In this document: piece after piece, positions 8,317 to 17,492 of the stretch
Layout of the letters: the number at the start of each line of letters is the position of its first letter
Numbering within the stretch: position 1 is the stretch's first letter
Assembly: GCA_013289165.1 (NCBI GenBank)
Contig: JABDAL010000001.1
Coordinates: 9,603-73,602 of the forward strand
DNA length: 64,000 bases
From: Bacteroidota bacterium
GTDB lineage: Bacteria; Bacteroidota; Bacteroidia; JABEUT01
Direction: 5' to 3'
Program-made: the position numbers and the translations under genes
The notes under the pieces: generated by a model
Databases searched by the model: none
Told to the model about the DNA's origin: nothing
Seen by the model: the letters and a program-made list of their open reading frames with translations, nothing else

Positions 8317-10068
8317 TCAGAAATAGTTTACTATTCCAAAGGTTATTTTTCCCGTACCAAAATTTAGTGGGTTTCCTTTTGCATTGCCCAAGGCATAAGC
8401 CAGGGAAAAAATCCCCGCTTTTGTTTGGAAATTCATTCCTGCTCCATATCCGGAGGGCGTATCATCAAAGTATTGAATAAATGAAGGGAGGGTTTCTCTG
8501 CACCATCCTTGGTCATAAAATAAGAATAGAAAAGAATTTTGCTCTAACAGGTAGTGCAGCTCGACTGTTCCCACTGCATATTGCGATACATAAATAGATT
8601 GTTCATTAAATCCCCGTAATACTTCTAATCCTCCAATACGGAAAAGGTCGTTTAATAAAAGGGAGGGGCCTTGTATATATCCTCCATTCACCCCAAATTT
8701 TATGGCTGCCCGGGTGGCAACGGGAAAATAATAATCGGTCTTTAGAGTAGCCTGGTATTCTATGGAATTAAGTTGTAATCCTTCATAAACGGAAGGGTTA
8801 ATGGCAGAGTTTTCGCGAATGTTCTTAGTGCCTACGGCTACGGAACCTAAAAACTCGTATCCCCTGCGTGGATTATAAATATAGTCTAGTTTGCGAGCTC
8901 GGTATTCTATGCCATATAAATCGATTGTGGCATCGGTATAAGGCGGCAAGGTGATAATATTTTCCAGCCCGGATGTTGATAATAGGCTTGTAGCAATACT
9001 TTCATAGTATACCTCCAAATAATTATCTCCAATAAAAAGGTATTTCAAGCCAATTTTATTATCCAGCTTCAGATAGGTAGTATCCTGCTTAAAAAGCTGA
9101 AAATTCTCATCCAGTCCAATGGGGGTTTGGAACAGGTAGGGATAACTAAAGTTGATGGTTAGATTCTCCGTGAGTGGCTGCACGTGTTGCCAGTGGAATA
9201 TTATTTCGTCGGCCCGGTGAAAGGAGTTTTGTAGTTGAAGGCTAACGTCGCCTGTTATGGTCACATTGCCATTCTCATTTGGCAAAACCCCAAGAATACC
9301 GTTAAACTGGTTGGCATTCTTTTTTGAAATATATAGCAATATCTTCACCTTGTCATGTATAAATATCACCTGCATAGGTTTAGTTTCTGTAAGAAACGGC
9401 AAGGCATTCAGGCGGGAACTAATGGCAGCCACTTTTGATTCGTCGTAAAAATCTCCGGGTTTAATACCCAGGTACCCATAAAGATATTTGGGTGAAATTT
9501 TAAGGTTCCCCCTGATAACAATGCTGTCAATTGTTTCTGAGCTTTTTTTATCCACATTAAGTGCGGCAGAAATAGTGTTCCCATTGATAGATATGGAGTC
9601 CAATTTTAGCTGTGAAAAAGGGTACCCGGTATTTTCATAATAAGATAAAATACGGTTCATAAAATTAGATGCAGCAGTGAAATAAAAAGGCTTGTTAGTA
9701 AATATTTTTTCATGAAATCCAGACAAGTTCAGAGCTACTTCTTCCACATTCCCCTTTCGTATATATGCCCACTTGTATGGGTCGCCGGTTTTAAGAAAGG
9801 CAGTGAGCAATACACTGTCTTCTGTCATGCTGTCAACGGTTGCTGTTAAGTAAGATTCATTATGAATGGTTTCAACCAGTTTTTGTAATTCCGCTAAGCG
9901 TAACTTGGGAGCGAGAAATACCTTGTTGTAATCCGGTATTTTAAAATCTTTGGACGAAGCAGAATCTATATTTACAATTTTCAGAAATAGTTTTTTCTGT
10001 GCCTGTAAATGAAATAAACAGGATAGAAATAAAATAACAGTAAGCCCCTTATGTTTAAGCTTGAACAC
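8317..10068 (-). CDS. BamA/Omp85-family outer membrane protein (POTRA plus surface-antigen beta-barrel)
   Basis: Signal peptide present. The C-terminal barrel has Omp85-type motifs (LFRIGGLEVLRGF...) and a terminal aromatic residue (VNYF). Confidence 0.7.
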   Translation of the reverse strand: MFKLKHKGLTVILFLSCLFHLQAQKKLFLKIVNIDSASSKDFKIPDYNKVFLAPKLRLAELQKLVETIHNESYLTATVDSMTEDSVLLTAFLKTGDPYKWAYIRKGNVEEVALNLSGFHEKIFTNKPFYFTAASNFMNRILSYYENTGYPFSQLKLDSISINGNTISAALNVDKKSSETIDSIVIRGNLKISPKYLYGYLGIKPGDFYDESKVAAISSRLNALPFLTETKPMQVIFIHDKVKILLYISKKNANQFNGILGVLPNENGNVTITGDVSLQLQNSFHRADEIIFHWQHVQPLTENLTINFSYPYLFQTPIGLDENFQLFKQDTTYLKLDNKIGLKYLFIGDNYLEVYYESIATSLLSTSGLENIITLPPYTDATIDLYGIEYRARKLDYIYNPRRGYEFLGSVAVGTKNIRENSAINPSVYEGLQLNSIEYQATLKTDYYFPVATRAAIKFGVNGGYIQGPSLLLNDLFRIGGLEVLRGFNEQSIYVSQYAVGTVELHYLLEQNSFLFLFYDQGWCRETLPSFIQYFDDTPSGYGAGMNFQTKAGIFSLAYALGNAKGNPLNFGTGKITFGIVNYF

Positions 10069-10118
10069 CTTGAATTATAAATGGAATAACGTAAAAAAGC
10101 TAAAATTATTAAAATATG

Positions 10119-11618
10119 CTAAAATGCGGATTTATCCGACTGAAGGTATTTCCATCCAGTGATCTTATAAAGCATATTATTAATTTCAGGGGAAAACCTG
10201 AAAAGTACTATCAATCCCATGTATATAATTCCGCCGAGTATAGAATTTACACAGATGCTTACATATTTGTTATATACAAAGGGTATAAAATGAATAATTG
10301 CTAGGGTCCCAATGGTTATTAATAAAGTCCAAAGGCAATTTAGTGTGAATGGTTGCATCTTAAAATTGTACCATACAAAGGCCAGTCTCAATATATTATA
10401 AAATACAGGGCCTATCATGGCTGCCCAGGCAGCGCCCGTAATGCCATATAGTGGAATAAGTATCAAGTTTAGCACGATAGTTACTAGTACAAGTAAAAAG
10501 TTAAAATATAAATCATACCGGTATTTTTTAGAGATTACGGTAATAATACCATTCAATCCCGTAATCATATCAAAATACCTGGCAAAGCAAAGCAGGTAGA
10601 AAGAGTATCTTGCTATAGCATATTCTTTAGGTATAAAACGAAAAATTGCATCAATGTTTCCCCATAAAAGGATAATAATTCCACCTCCAACTATCATCAT
10701 TACAAGGGTCGTTTTGTCATATAAATCTGATACGGCTTTCATATCATGGTTCTTCCATAACCGGCCCACGAGTGGATATGTTATTTTTTGAATGGAACGG
10801 TAAGGAAAAGCTAATCCTGCTGCAATAAGAGAAATAGTAGTATAAATACCTGACAATGCTAAACCCAGCATCGATGCAATCATCAGGGTATCTATATATA
10901 GAATAATACTACCTCCTAAAGAGGTGAGAATAGTAAATGTGCCATAGTGTAATATAGGCGTGAGTAAACGTTTATATAATCTGCTTTGCCCCCGAAAAAT
11001 AAAAAACTGTTTGAGATAAATTATATAAACAAGCAAAACAAATGTGATAAGAAAAGAGGTTCCTATATAAATGATTACAAATTGCCCGAAGTCTATCCAT
11101 TTAAGTGCATACAAAGCAATGGCAATACTTACCAGTATTTTCGAGAATACTTCGTTTAAAAAAGTAGGTACAACCGTCTTTAATAGGGAGCGTAAATAGG
11201 AGTCGAAAAATTGAAAATAAATGGTGGCTAAAGCGAATGGTATCACATAATAGTAATAACCGACCACCAATGGAGATGTATCAATATATTGCCGTACTAT
11301 TAGTGGTTTGAACAGCAAAAAGAACAGCGTGGTTATAAGGAACCCGATAAAAACAAAAACATTTCCCCAGAAAAAAAAACCATTATGCTGTTTTTCTTTA
11401 TTGAAAAAAAATGGGAAGAAACGGGCACTTATATTGGGTATCCCGAAGGTGGCAAACTGTGCATACAGTGTCACTATAGTAATAAGTATACTTATGAGTC
11501 CTACCTGGGTAGCCGACAAAAAATTGGTTAAAAGAAGTATTCTGTTTAGATATCCTAAAGCAGCACCCAGATAAGAAACAACGGTAAGTTTTATGCTTGC
11601 TTTTTGTACAATTCCCAT
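10119..11618 (-). CDS. polysaccharide/oligosaccharide flippase (MOP/Wzx-like, polysaccharide biosynthesis protein family)
   Basis: 499 aa. Polytopic membrane protein (about 12-14 hydrophobic segments) with the general organisation of Wzx/PST-family proteins. Confidence 0.65.
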   Translation of the reverse strand: MGIVQKASIKLTVVSYLGAALGYLNRILLLTNFLSATQVGLISILITIVTLYAQFATFGIPNISARFFPFFFNKEKQHNGFFFWGNVFVFIGFLITTLFFLLFKPLIVRQYIDTSPLVVGYYYYVIPFALATIYFQFFDSYLRSLLKTVVPTFLNEVFSKILVSIAIALYALKWIDFGQFVIIYIGTSFLITFVLLVYIIYLKQFFIFRGQSRLYKRLLTPILHYGTFTILTSLGGSIILYIDTLMIASMLGLALSGIYTTISLIAAGLAFPYRSIQKITYPLVGRLWKNHDMKAVSDLYDKTTLVMMIVGGGIIILLWGNIDAIFRFIPKEYAIARYSFYLLCFARYFDMITGLNGIITVISKKYRYDLYFNFLLVLVTIVLNLILIPLYGITGAAWAAMIGPVFYNILRLAFVWYNFKMQPFTLNCLWTLLITIGTLAIIHFIPFVYNKYVSICVNSILGGIIYMGLIVLFRFSPEINNMLYKITGWKYLQSDKSAF

Positions 11619-11903
11619 TCTTCAGGACTAAGGATATGCAAATATGATAATAACTTCCCTGTAGAGTTTATATTCTTCGGCTAAACTTATACATTTTGTC
11701 TTAAATATTGTTAATCGCTCTATATTTTCCTGTTGAATCACTTTAATCAGGTTGTGTAAGGGTTTTAATGCCAATCATAATAAAATAACAATTTGGTAAT
11801 ACTAATTTTTCGATGCGAATAGATTTATTCCGCTTCATTTGTTCTGTCAATTTATACAAATCTCCCTAAATCTGATTATATGCTTTTCATATCAAAATTA
11901 AAC

Positions 11904-12469
11904 ATGATTACCCTTCCCCTTCTGGGAAATGTGGACTTAGGAGGCTCTATTTTATTTATTTTTTTCCTGTGTCTTTTAGCTGTCGTTTGTTTCGAATTTG
12001 TAAATGGATTCCATGACACTGCCAACGCAGTGGCAACTGTTATATACACCAAGGCATTAAAACCCCAGATTGCTGTACCTTGGTCTGGGTTTTGGAACTT
12101 TATGGGGGTTAATGTAGGGGGTGTGGCTGTTGCCATGGGAATATTAAAATTAGTGCCCTTAAATGAGGTAATGGCTCTTCCGGTACAAATAGGAGCCTGT
12201 TTAGTTTTGGCTGTATTGCTTACTTCCATAGTTTGGAATTTGAGTACCTGGTATTTGGGAATTCCTTGCTCCAGTTCGCACACTATGATAGGTGCTATGA
12301 TAGGTGGCAGTTTGGCATTTACCCATTTTTACCCCGGGAGTGTAAACTGGGAAAAAGCAAAGATATTGGGTTGTCATTACTCATGTCGCCGCTACTTGGT
12401 TTTGGTGCAGCTTTCTTGCTTTTAATATTATTGAGGCGCTTTGTAAAGTCTGAAAAATTATTCCAATAA
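11904..12469 (+). pseudogene. inorganic phosphate transporter (PiT/PitA family) remnant, frameshifted and 3'-truncated
   Basis: PiT signature FEFVNGFHDTANAVATVIY and ...SSSHTMIGAMIGG. The reading frame switches near 12350-12365, from ORF 11880-12425 to ORF 12233-12469. The protein stops after about 190 aa, well short of full-length PiT proteins. Confidence 0.7.
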
Positions 12470-12583
12470 AGATTATAACTTAAAATCATTCACAATGAAA
12501 CAACACAGCACCGGTCTTGCATCAGAATATTATATTTTATCAATACTGCATCTTATTATATAATTCATTAATTGGTAACACTT

Positions 12584-13154
12584 ATGACTAATTCTATCAA
12601 AGAAGGAATAACTACGTTTATTAATCACCTTGACGTAGAAAATAACAGGTCATTATCCTGGGAGCATTGCTTTAAGGCATTTGAGACCGAAAAAAATAGA
12701 TACATTAAGCTTAAATTTGACTGCTTATCTTGCCAGTTGGGGTATGTATAGAGGTTCCGGTGAACTATTACAGAATGATTATAAAATCCATAACGAAATA
12801 ATCCCGCTACTTCGTAATAAGAACATTGATGTTATAACCCTTAAAGAGCAACTGAGTTCATATTATAAAAGCAAAAATATATCGCCAACAGATACATTAA
12901 TTTCCAAGATTATTTTAGGAACATTAGGAATAACCCCTGCACTTGACAGGTATTTTGTAAAAGGTTATAAAACAAAGACTGGTAAGACTGCGGGATTTAA
13001 TGAAACTACTTTAATGGATATTAATGATTTTATAACTCGTCACCATATAGAGCTAAAAGAGTGCAGGGAGTATATTCAAATCAAAAGAGGAATGAATTAT
13101 CCTAATATGAAAATCATAGATATGTATTACTGGCAAATAGGAAAGGAGTCTTAA
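12584..13154 (+). pseudogene. conserved hypothetical gene interrupted by a +1 frameshift in an A7 run
   Basis: The ATG at 12584 opens MTNSIKEGITTFINHLDVENNRSLSWEHCFKAFETE. This frame dies shortly after the run at 12690-12696. The continuation (IDTLSLNLTAYLASWGMYRGSGELL...) is in the ORF 12681-13154. Removing one A fuses them into about 190 aa. Confidence 0.6.
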
Positions 13155-13468
13155 TGATAGTGTTTAGCCGCCTCTTTTATTCTCTTGGCATCTTTAGGGT
13201 GTTTCTTAGCCCACTCCTCTACATTACGCTCCATTTTTAGCATAAACGCTACATCGTGGTGGTCTTCTTTAGTATAGTGTGACACTTCGCTAATTTTTAA
13301 TCGCGTTTCATCAAATATAATAAGAACATTTTTTTTAAGATCCTCTAGGTTATCGTCTTTATGAAGAGCTGTATACTTGATCGTTTTATTGATTAATTCA
13401 CCTAATAAGTGATCTATATTGGTTGTTAATATAGTGTAAGGGGTGTTGCTAATTTCATTCTTGTTCAT
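13151..13468 (-). CDS. hypothetical helical protein, 105 aa
   Basis: ORF lying 33 nt downstream of the protease-like gene on the same strand. Charged and helical, with no family recognised. Confidence 0.45.
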   Translation of the reverse strand: MNKNEISNTPYTILTTNIDHLLGELINKTIKYTALHKDDNLEDLKKNVLIIFDETRLKISEVSHYTKEDHHDVAFMLKMERNVEEWAKKHPKDAKRIKEAAKHYH

Positions 13469-13500
13469 TGGTCATTGGGATTTGTCGTTAAGTATAATTA

Positions 13501-13917
13501 CTATTCATTAAACCAAGCCCTTCCCTCTACGCCATTATATACAAATGAAAGATGCTTTAATATATCTGCACCTATAATAGCTTGGTACTCTTTTCTCTTT
13601 GTTAAGTCCCTTACTGTCATTAGAAACTCTTCATCTAATATTGTCCAGTTTGCATAATCGGAATATATCCGTATTTTCATAGGATAAGTTATAAAATCGT
13701 CTATTTCTGCATCTAAAGTAGAAGCACCAATCTTTCCCTTCATCGCTTCATTTACTACCATTTGTTCATAAACGGTTTTACATATAAAGGATATTTCAGC
13801 CCCTGTATCTACTAATGCTTTTAAATGTATCTTATTTTGACCTGACTTCAAAGGGGTAATAACTTCAATATGACAAATAACTAACCCATTCCCAAGCACC
13901 TCTAAATCTTTTTTCAT
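13501..13917 (-). CDS. retropepsin-like (clan AA) aspartic protease domain protein
   Basis: Catalytic-type motif ALVDTGAEISFI (D-T-G-A) and a C-terminal IIGADILKH motif, as in retroviral-type/gag-asp proteases. Start set at the first ATG (MKKDLEVLGN). Confidence 0.6.
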   Translation of the reverse strand: MKKDLEVLGNGLVICHIEVITPLKSGQNKIHLKALVDTGAEISFICKTVYEQMVVNEAMKGKIGASTLDAEIDDFITYPMKIRIYSDYANWTILDEEFLMTVRDLTKRKEYQAIIGADILKHLSFVYNGVEGRAWFNE

Positions 13918-14100
13918 CTTTAGACCGCTAATAATTGGAATAGGCAAATTTATATGATATGTTTTAATATGGATTTAGTTTACCGTAGGGTTATATATAG
14001 TTACCAAATTAGTTTTTGCAGAAAATAATTATCGAATCTGCAGAACCCAATGAAATAGTAGAGCTACTTTGTAATATTGATAGGGATTTTAGAGAAAGCA

Positions 14101-14130
14101 AAAAGAAAAAGGTCGCTAAAAATAGCGACC
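14101..14130 (-). terminator. rho-independent terminator downstream of tRNA-Lys
   Basis: Perfect 8-bp hairpin GGTCGCTA-aaaa-TAGCGACC (14111-14130), followed on the minus strand by a T-rich tract (TTTTTCTTTT). Confidence 0.6.
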
Positions 14131-14142
14131 AGTTCCATCAGG

Positions 14143-14215
14143 TGACCCCGGAGAGGATCGAACTCTCGACCCAATGATTAAGAGTCATTTGCTCTACCAG
14201 CTGAGCTACGGAGTC
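14143..14215 (-). tRNA. tRNA-Lys (anticodon CTT)
   Basis: Reverse complement folds as a canonical 73-nt cloverleaf. Acceptor GACTCCG/CGGGGTC, D stem GCTC/GAGC, anticodon stem AATGA/TCATT with loop CTCTTAA, T arm GAGAG-TTCGATC-CTCTC, discriminator A. Confidence 0.9.
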
Positions 14216-14261
14216 AAAAAAGGGCTGCAAAGGTATTTAAAAAATGTAATTTGTAAACTCT

Positions 14262-14269
14262 TATTTTTG
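14262..14269 (+). promoter_or_regulatory. candidate -7 box TATTTTTG immediately upstream of the ATG at 14274
   Basis: Exact TAnnTTTG. Its G is 5 nt before the A of the ATG, which implies a leaderless transcript. Confidence 0.3.
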
Positions 14270-14273
14270 CATT

Positions 14274-14957
14274 ATGGATAAGAAATGGCTGTTACTTTTA
14301 CTGATATTAGTTCCATTATTCGTAAATATCGCTATGAAAAATGCAGGAAATGAGCCTTTGAAATATGTCGCCTTGGGAGACTCTTATACTATTGGTGAAG
14401 GGGCTAAACCCGGAGAGGCTTTTCCTGATGTATTAGTCAAACACCTGAACGAAACAGGGGTAAGTATTGTTTTATCGGCTAATCCTTCTGTAACAGGCTG
14501 GACTACGGAAGATTTAATAGAAAAAGAAATCCCTGTATTTGACCGTATTAAACCTGATTTTGTAACTCTTTTGATTGGTGTAAATGACTGGGTTCAGGGG
14601 GTTGATTCGGGAGCTTTTCATAAAAATCTTGTCTATATACTTGACCATGTTCAATCACAATTACATAATAAGAGCAAAATTGTATTAATCACTATACCTG
14701 ATTTTGGAGTAACTCCAACGGGTAAAATGTATAGCGAAGGGAGGGATATCAGCAAAGGCATAACGGACTTCAATAACATTATTAAGAGTGAGGCGAATCT
14801 CAGAAAATTACCTGTGGTTGACATATTCCCTGAAACACAGAAAATGAAAAATAATTCAGAGCTGATTGCACACGATGGTTTACATCCCTCAGCCAAAGAA
14901 TATGCTATTTGGGAAGCGATTATATATCCGGTTGTCTACAGCCTCTTAAAAGGCTAA
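14274..14957 (+). CDS. SGNH/GDSL-family hydrolase (lipase/esterase)
   Basis: Signal peptide. Block I is ALGDSYTIGEG, a GxND-like block is IGVNDW, and block V is DGLHPS. Confidence 0.8.
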   Translation: MDKKWLLLLLILVPLFVNIAMKNAGNEPLKYVALGDSYTIGEGAKPGEAFPDVLVKHLNETGVSIVLSANPSVTGWTTEDLIEKEIPVFDRIKPDFVTLLIGVNDWVQGVDSGAFHKNLVYILDHVQSQLHNKSKIVLITIPDFGVTPTGKMYSEGRDISKGITDFNNIIKSEANLRKLPVVDIFPETQKMKNNSELIAHDGLHPSAKEYAIWEAIIYPVVYSLLKG

Positions 14958-16246
14958 CTGTTTTTCAGTAATAACGTACTTGCTATTTCCCCAAGCCTCC
15001 ATATATCCTCAAAGAAATTATAAAGAGGAACCGGGGCCAACCTTATTACATTGGGATTTCGCCAATCGCAAAACACGCCTGCTTTTGTAAGAGCAGTATA
15101 AAAGTCTTTGCCTATTCCATGAGCAATAATAGAAAGCTGGCAGCCTCTCTGTGCCGGGTTGGTAGGGGTAATGATTTCAAGTTTTATGTTTTTATCTTTT
15201 AGCTTTTCGTTCAGTTCATTGATAAGAAACTCAAGGTAGGATGTAAGCATTAAACTTTTCTTACGTAAAGGTTTCATTCCTCCTGCTTCTGTAAATATAT
15301 CTACAGAAGCTTTGTGAGCAGCCATTGAAAGGACAGGGGCATTACTTAGTTGCCAGCCCTCAGCAGTTTGCATAGGGGTAAATTTTTTATCCATAGTGAA
15401 ACGGGTATTCTTATCATATCCCCACCAGCCTCCAAGCCTCAAGAGTTCAGTATTCTTACTATGCTTTTGATGAATATAAGCTCCGGCTACGGCACCGGGT
15501 CCTGAATTAAAATATTTGTAGGTACACCAGCAGGCAAAATCTACATCCCAGTCATGTAAGTACAATTCAGCATTTCCGGCAGCATGGGCTAAATCAAATC
15601 CGCATACTATTCCTGCTTGGTGTGCTGTTTCAGTTATCCTAGGCATATCTAACAATTGTCCTGTTAGATAATTTACCCCTCCGAAAATTACTAAAGTAGT
15701 TTCACCGGCATGTGTATGTATAGTATCAAGAATATCTTCTGTTCGCAGTACATACTCTCCTTCTCTTGGTGCAACTTGTATGATAGCGTCATCGGGGTTA
15801 TATCCATGCAATTGGACTTGTGTTTGCAATGCATAATTATCAGATGAAAAGGCATTCGATTCACAAATAATCTTATAGCGGTTTCCCTTAGGCTGATAGA
15901 AAGAAATCATCAGCAGATGCAGGTTTACTGTTAGTTGATTCATTACAACCACCTCATCCTCTAAGGCACCTACTAACTGGGCAACAGGCTTAGCAAACAT
16001 TTCATGGTAGGAATACCAGGGATTTCTTCCCCCAAAATGCCCTTCTGAGGCCAATTTTGCCCAATCCTCCAGTTCAACTTTAATATATTTTTCAACTGTT
16101 TTGGGCTGTAGACCTAAAGAGTTACCTACAAAATACAAAGCATCTTTACCGTTATATTTTGGAAACAAAAACTTCTTTCTAAACTTTTTTAAGGGGTCCT
16201 TTTTGTCCTGTTCCCTTGCAAATGAGAGTGAGTTTATAAATTTCAT
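14954..16246 (-). CDS. kynU: kynureninase
   Basis: 430 aa class-V-fold PLP enzyme with kynureninase-type N-terminus (ALYFVGNSLGLQPK) and overall length. Confidence 0.8.
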   Translation of the reverse strand: MKFINSLSFAREQDKKDPLKKFRKKFLFPKYNGKDALYFVGNSLGLQPKTVEKYIKVELEDWAKLASEGHFGGRNPWYSYHEMFAKPVAQLVGALEDEVVVMNQLTVNLHLLMISFYQPKGNRYKIICESNAFSSDNYALQTQVQLHGYNPDDAIIQVAPREGEYVLRTEDILDTIHTHAGETTLVIFGGVNYLTGQLLDMPRITETAHQAGIVCGFDLAHAAGNAELYLHDWDVDFACWCTYKYFNSGPGAVAGAYIHQKHSKNTELLRLGGWWGYDKNTRFTMDKKFTPMQTAEGWQLSNAPVLSMAAHKASVDIFTEAGGMKPLRKKSLMLTSYLEFLINELNEKLKDKNIKLEIITPTNPAQRGCQLSIIAHGIGKDFYTALTKAGVFCDWRNPNVIRLAPVPLYNFFEDIWRLGEIASTLLLKNS

Positions 16247-17055
16247 TTCATATTTCTTTTAGATACTACACGTTTTACAACAGACAAAAACGAGCGCGGA
16301 AAAAGACGGCTAAATCTTACGGCGAGCAATTCTTTTCCTCCAATAAAAAACTCATCTTTACCTTTAGCTACTGCTTTCAAAATTCCTGCGGCACATTTAT
16401 CGGGAGACATACCATGTTCTTGGCCTTTATCCATTTTTCCATGGGCATCGCCTTGAGCCGTTACAGCATTCACAGAAACATTTGTTTTAATGTATCCGGG
16501 GCATATCACTATAACACCAATGTTGTCCTTATACACTTCCGCCCGCAATGAATCGAAAAAGCCCTGTAATGCATGTTTAGATGCACAATACATAGAAGAA
16601 CCGGGCATTCCGATTTTACCCATAACACTACTTATAACTACTATTCTTCCTGATTTTTTTTCAAGCATCCCGGGTAAAACACTTTTTGTTAAAGCAATTA
16701 CGGAAAAGAAATTTAGTTCCATTATCTGCCTGTTTACTTCCATAGTGCTTTCGATAACGGAGAAGCGCTGGGCTATTCCGGCATTGCAAATTAGAATATC
16801 AATAGCTCCAAATCGTTGCTTAACTTTTCCAACCGCTTCAGAAAACCCTTCCATATGATAAAGGTCAAGAGGAAATATGAAGCTGTTTTCATTCGTCAAT
16901 CCCGCTTCTTTCTGTACCCGCTGTAATTCCTGCTCCCTTCGTGCGGTGAGAATTATTTTTGTGCCCTGCTTTGCAAAAGCTTTTACGAGCGCCTCACCAA
17001 TGCCTGAGGAAGCTCCTGTTATCCAAACTACTTTTCCTGAAAATGATTGTTTCAT
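16243..17055 (-). CDS. SDR-family oxidoreductase
   Basis: TGASSGIGEA cofactor motif, NAG, and catalytic YCASKHAL. Start overlaps the kynU stop by 4 nt. Confidence 0.85.
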   Translation of the reverse strand: MKQSFSGKVVWITGASSGIGEALVKAFAKQGTKIILTARREQELQRVQKEAGLTNENSFIFPLDLYHMEGFSEAVGKVKQRFGAIDILICNAGIAQRFSVIESTMEVNRQIMELNFFSVIALTKSVLPGMLEKKSGRIVVISSVMGKIGMPGSSMYCASKHALQGFFDSLRAEVYKDNIGVIVICPGYIKTNVSVNAVTAQGDAHGKMDKGQEHGMSPDKCAAGILKAVAKGKDEFFIGGKELLAVRFSRLFPRSFLSVVKRVVSKRNMK

Positions 17056-17098
17056 AGTTATTTCAATAGTGCAAATTTACCCGTTTACTGAATTGCTT

Positions 17099-17106
17099 TA
17101 CATTTG
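17099..17106 (+). promoter_or_regulatory. candidate -7 box TACATTTG
   Basis: Exact TAnnTTTG 18 nt upstream of the ATG at 17124. Confidence 0.3.
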
Positions 17107-17123
17107 TGGGAGAATTATTGTTT

Positions 17124-17483
17124 ATGAAGTGGTTACTGGTTGCTTTTATTCTGTGTGTGTTTTCAGTATCATGCAGTCACGGGAATAAAATAAAAATCCC
17201 GAAGGATATTCTCTCACAGGATACCATGGTGGAGGTAATGACAGATGTCCACTTGATGCAGGCTGCCCAGCGAATGGGTGTTAATATGGATACCACTGAT
17301 ACGGCTACCCTTATGTCATTCCAGTATGTTTGGAAAAAACACCACATTACCGAAACCGACTATAAAAGAAACCTGGACTTTTATACTCATAATCCTAATA
17401 TTTTGGATTCCATTTATGAAAAAGTCCTCGATACCCTCAGTAAACAGCGGGCAGAGTTATTAGGCAAAAAGGAGAATAAATAA
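17124..17483 (+). CDS. small lipoprotein, DUF4296-like
   Basis: Lipoprotein signal (LCVFSVSCSHG). Body resembles the Bacteroidota DUF4296 family (ILSQDTMVEVMTDVHLMQAA). Confidence 0.55.
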   Translation: MKWLLVAFILCVFSVSCSHGNKIKIPKDILSQDTMVEVMTDVHLMQAAQRMGVNMDTTDTATLMSFQYVWKKHHITETDYKRNLDFYTHNPNILDSIYEKVLDTLSKQRAELLGKKENK

Positions 17484-17492
17484 AGTATAAGG

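Noticed and set aside
11876-12283. 135-aa minus-strand ORF opposite the Pit remnant.
   Set aside because: It is antisense to clear PiT-family motifs, has no signal or family features and has no promoter box. It is most likely a shadow ORF.
12486-12560. 22-codon ORF (MKQHSTGLASEYYILSILHLII) at the islet boundary that faintly resembles the N-terminus of PD-(D/E)XK-type nucleases.
   Set aside because: It is too short and the resemblance too weak to support a call. It could be a gene fragment, but this cannot be shown from sequence alone.
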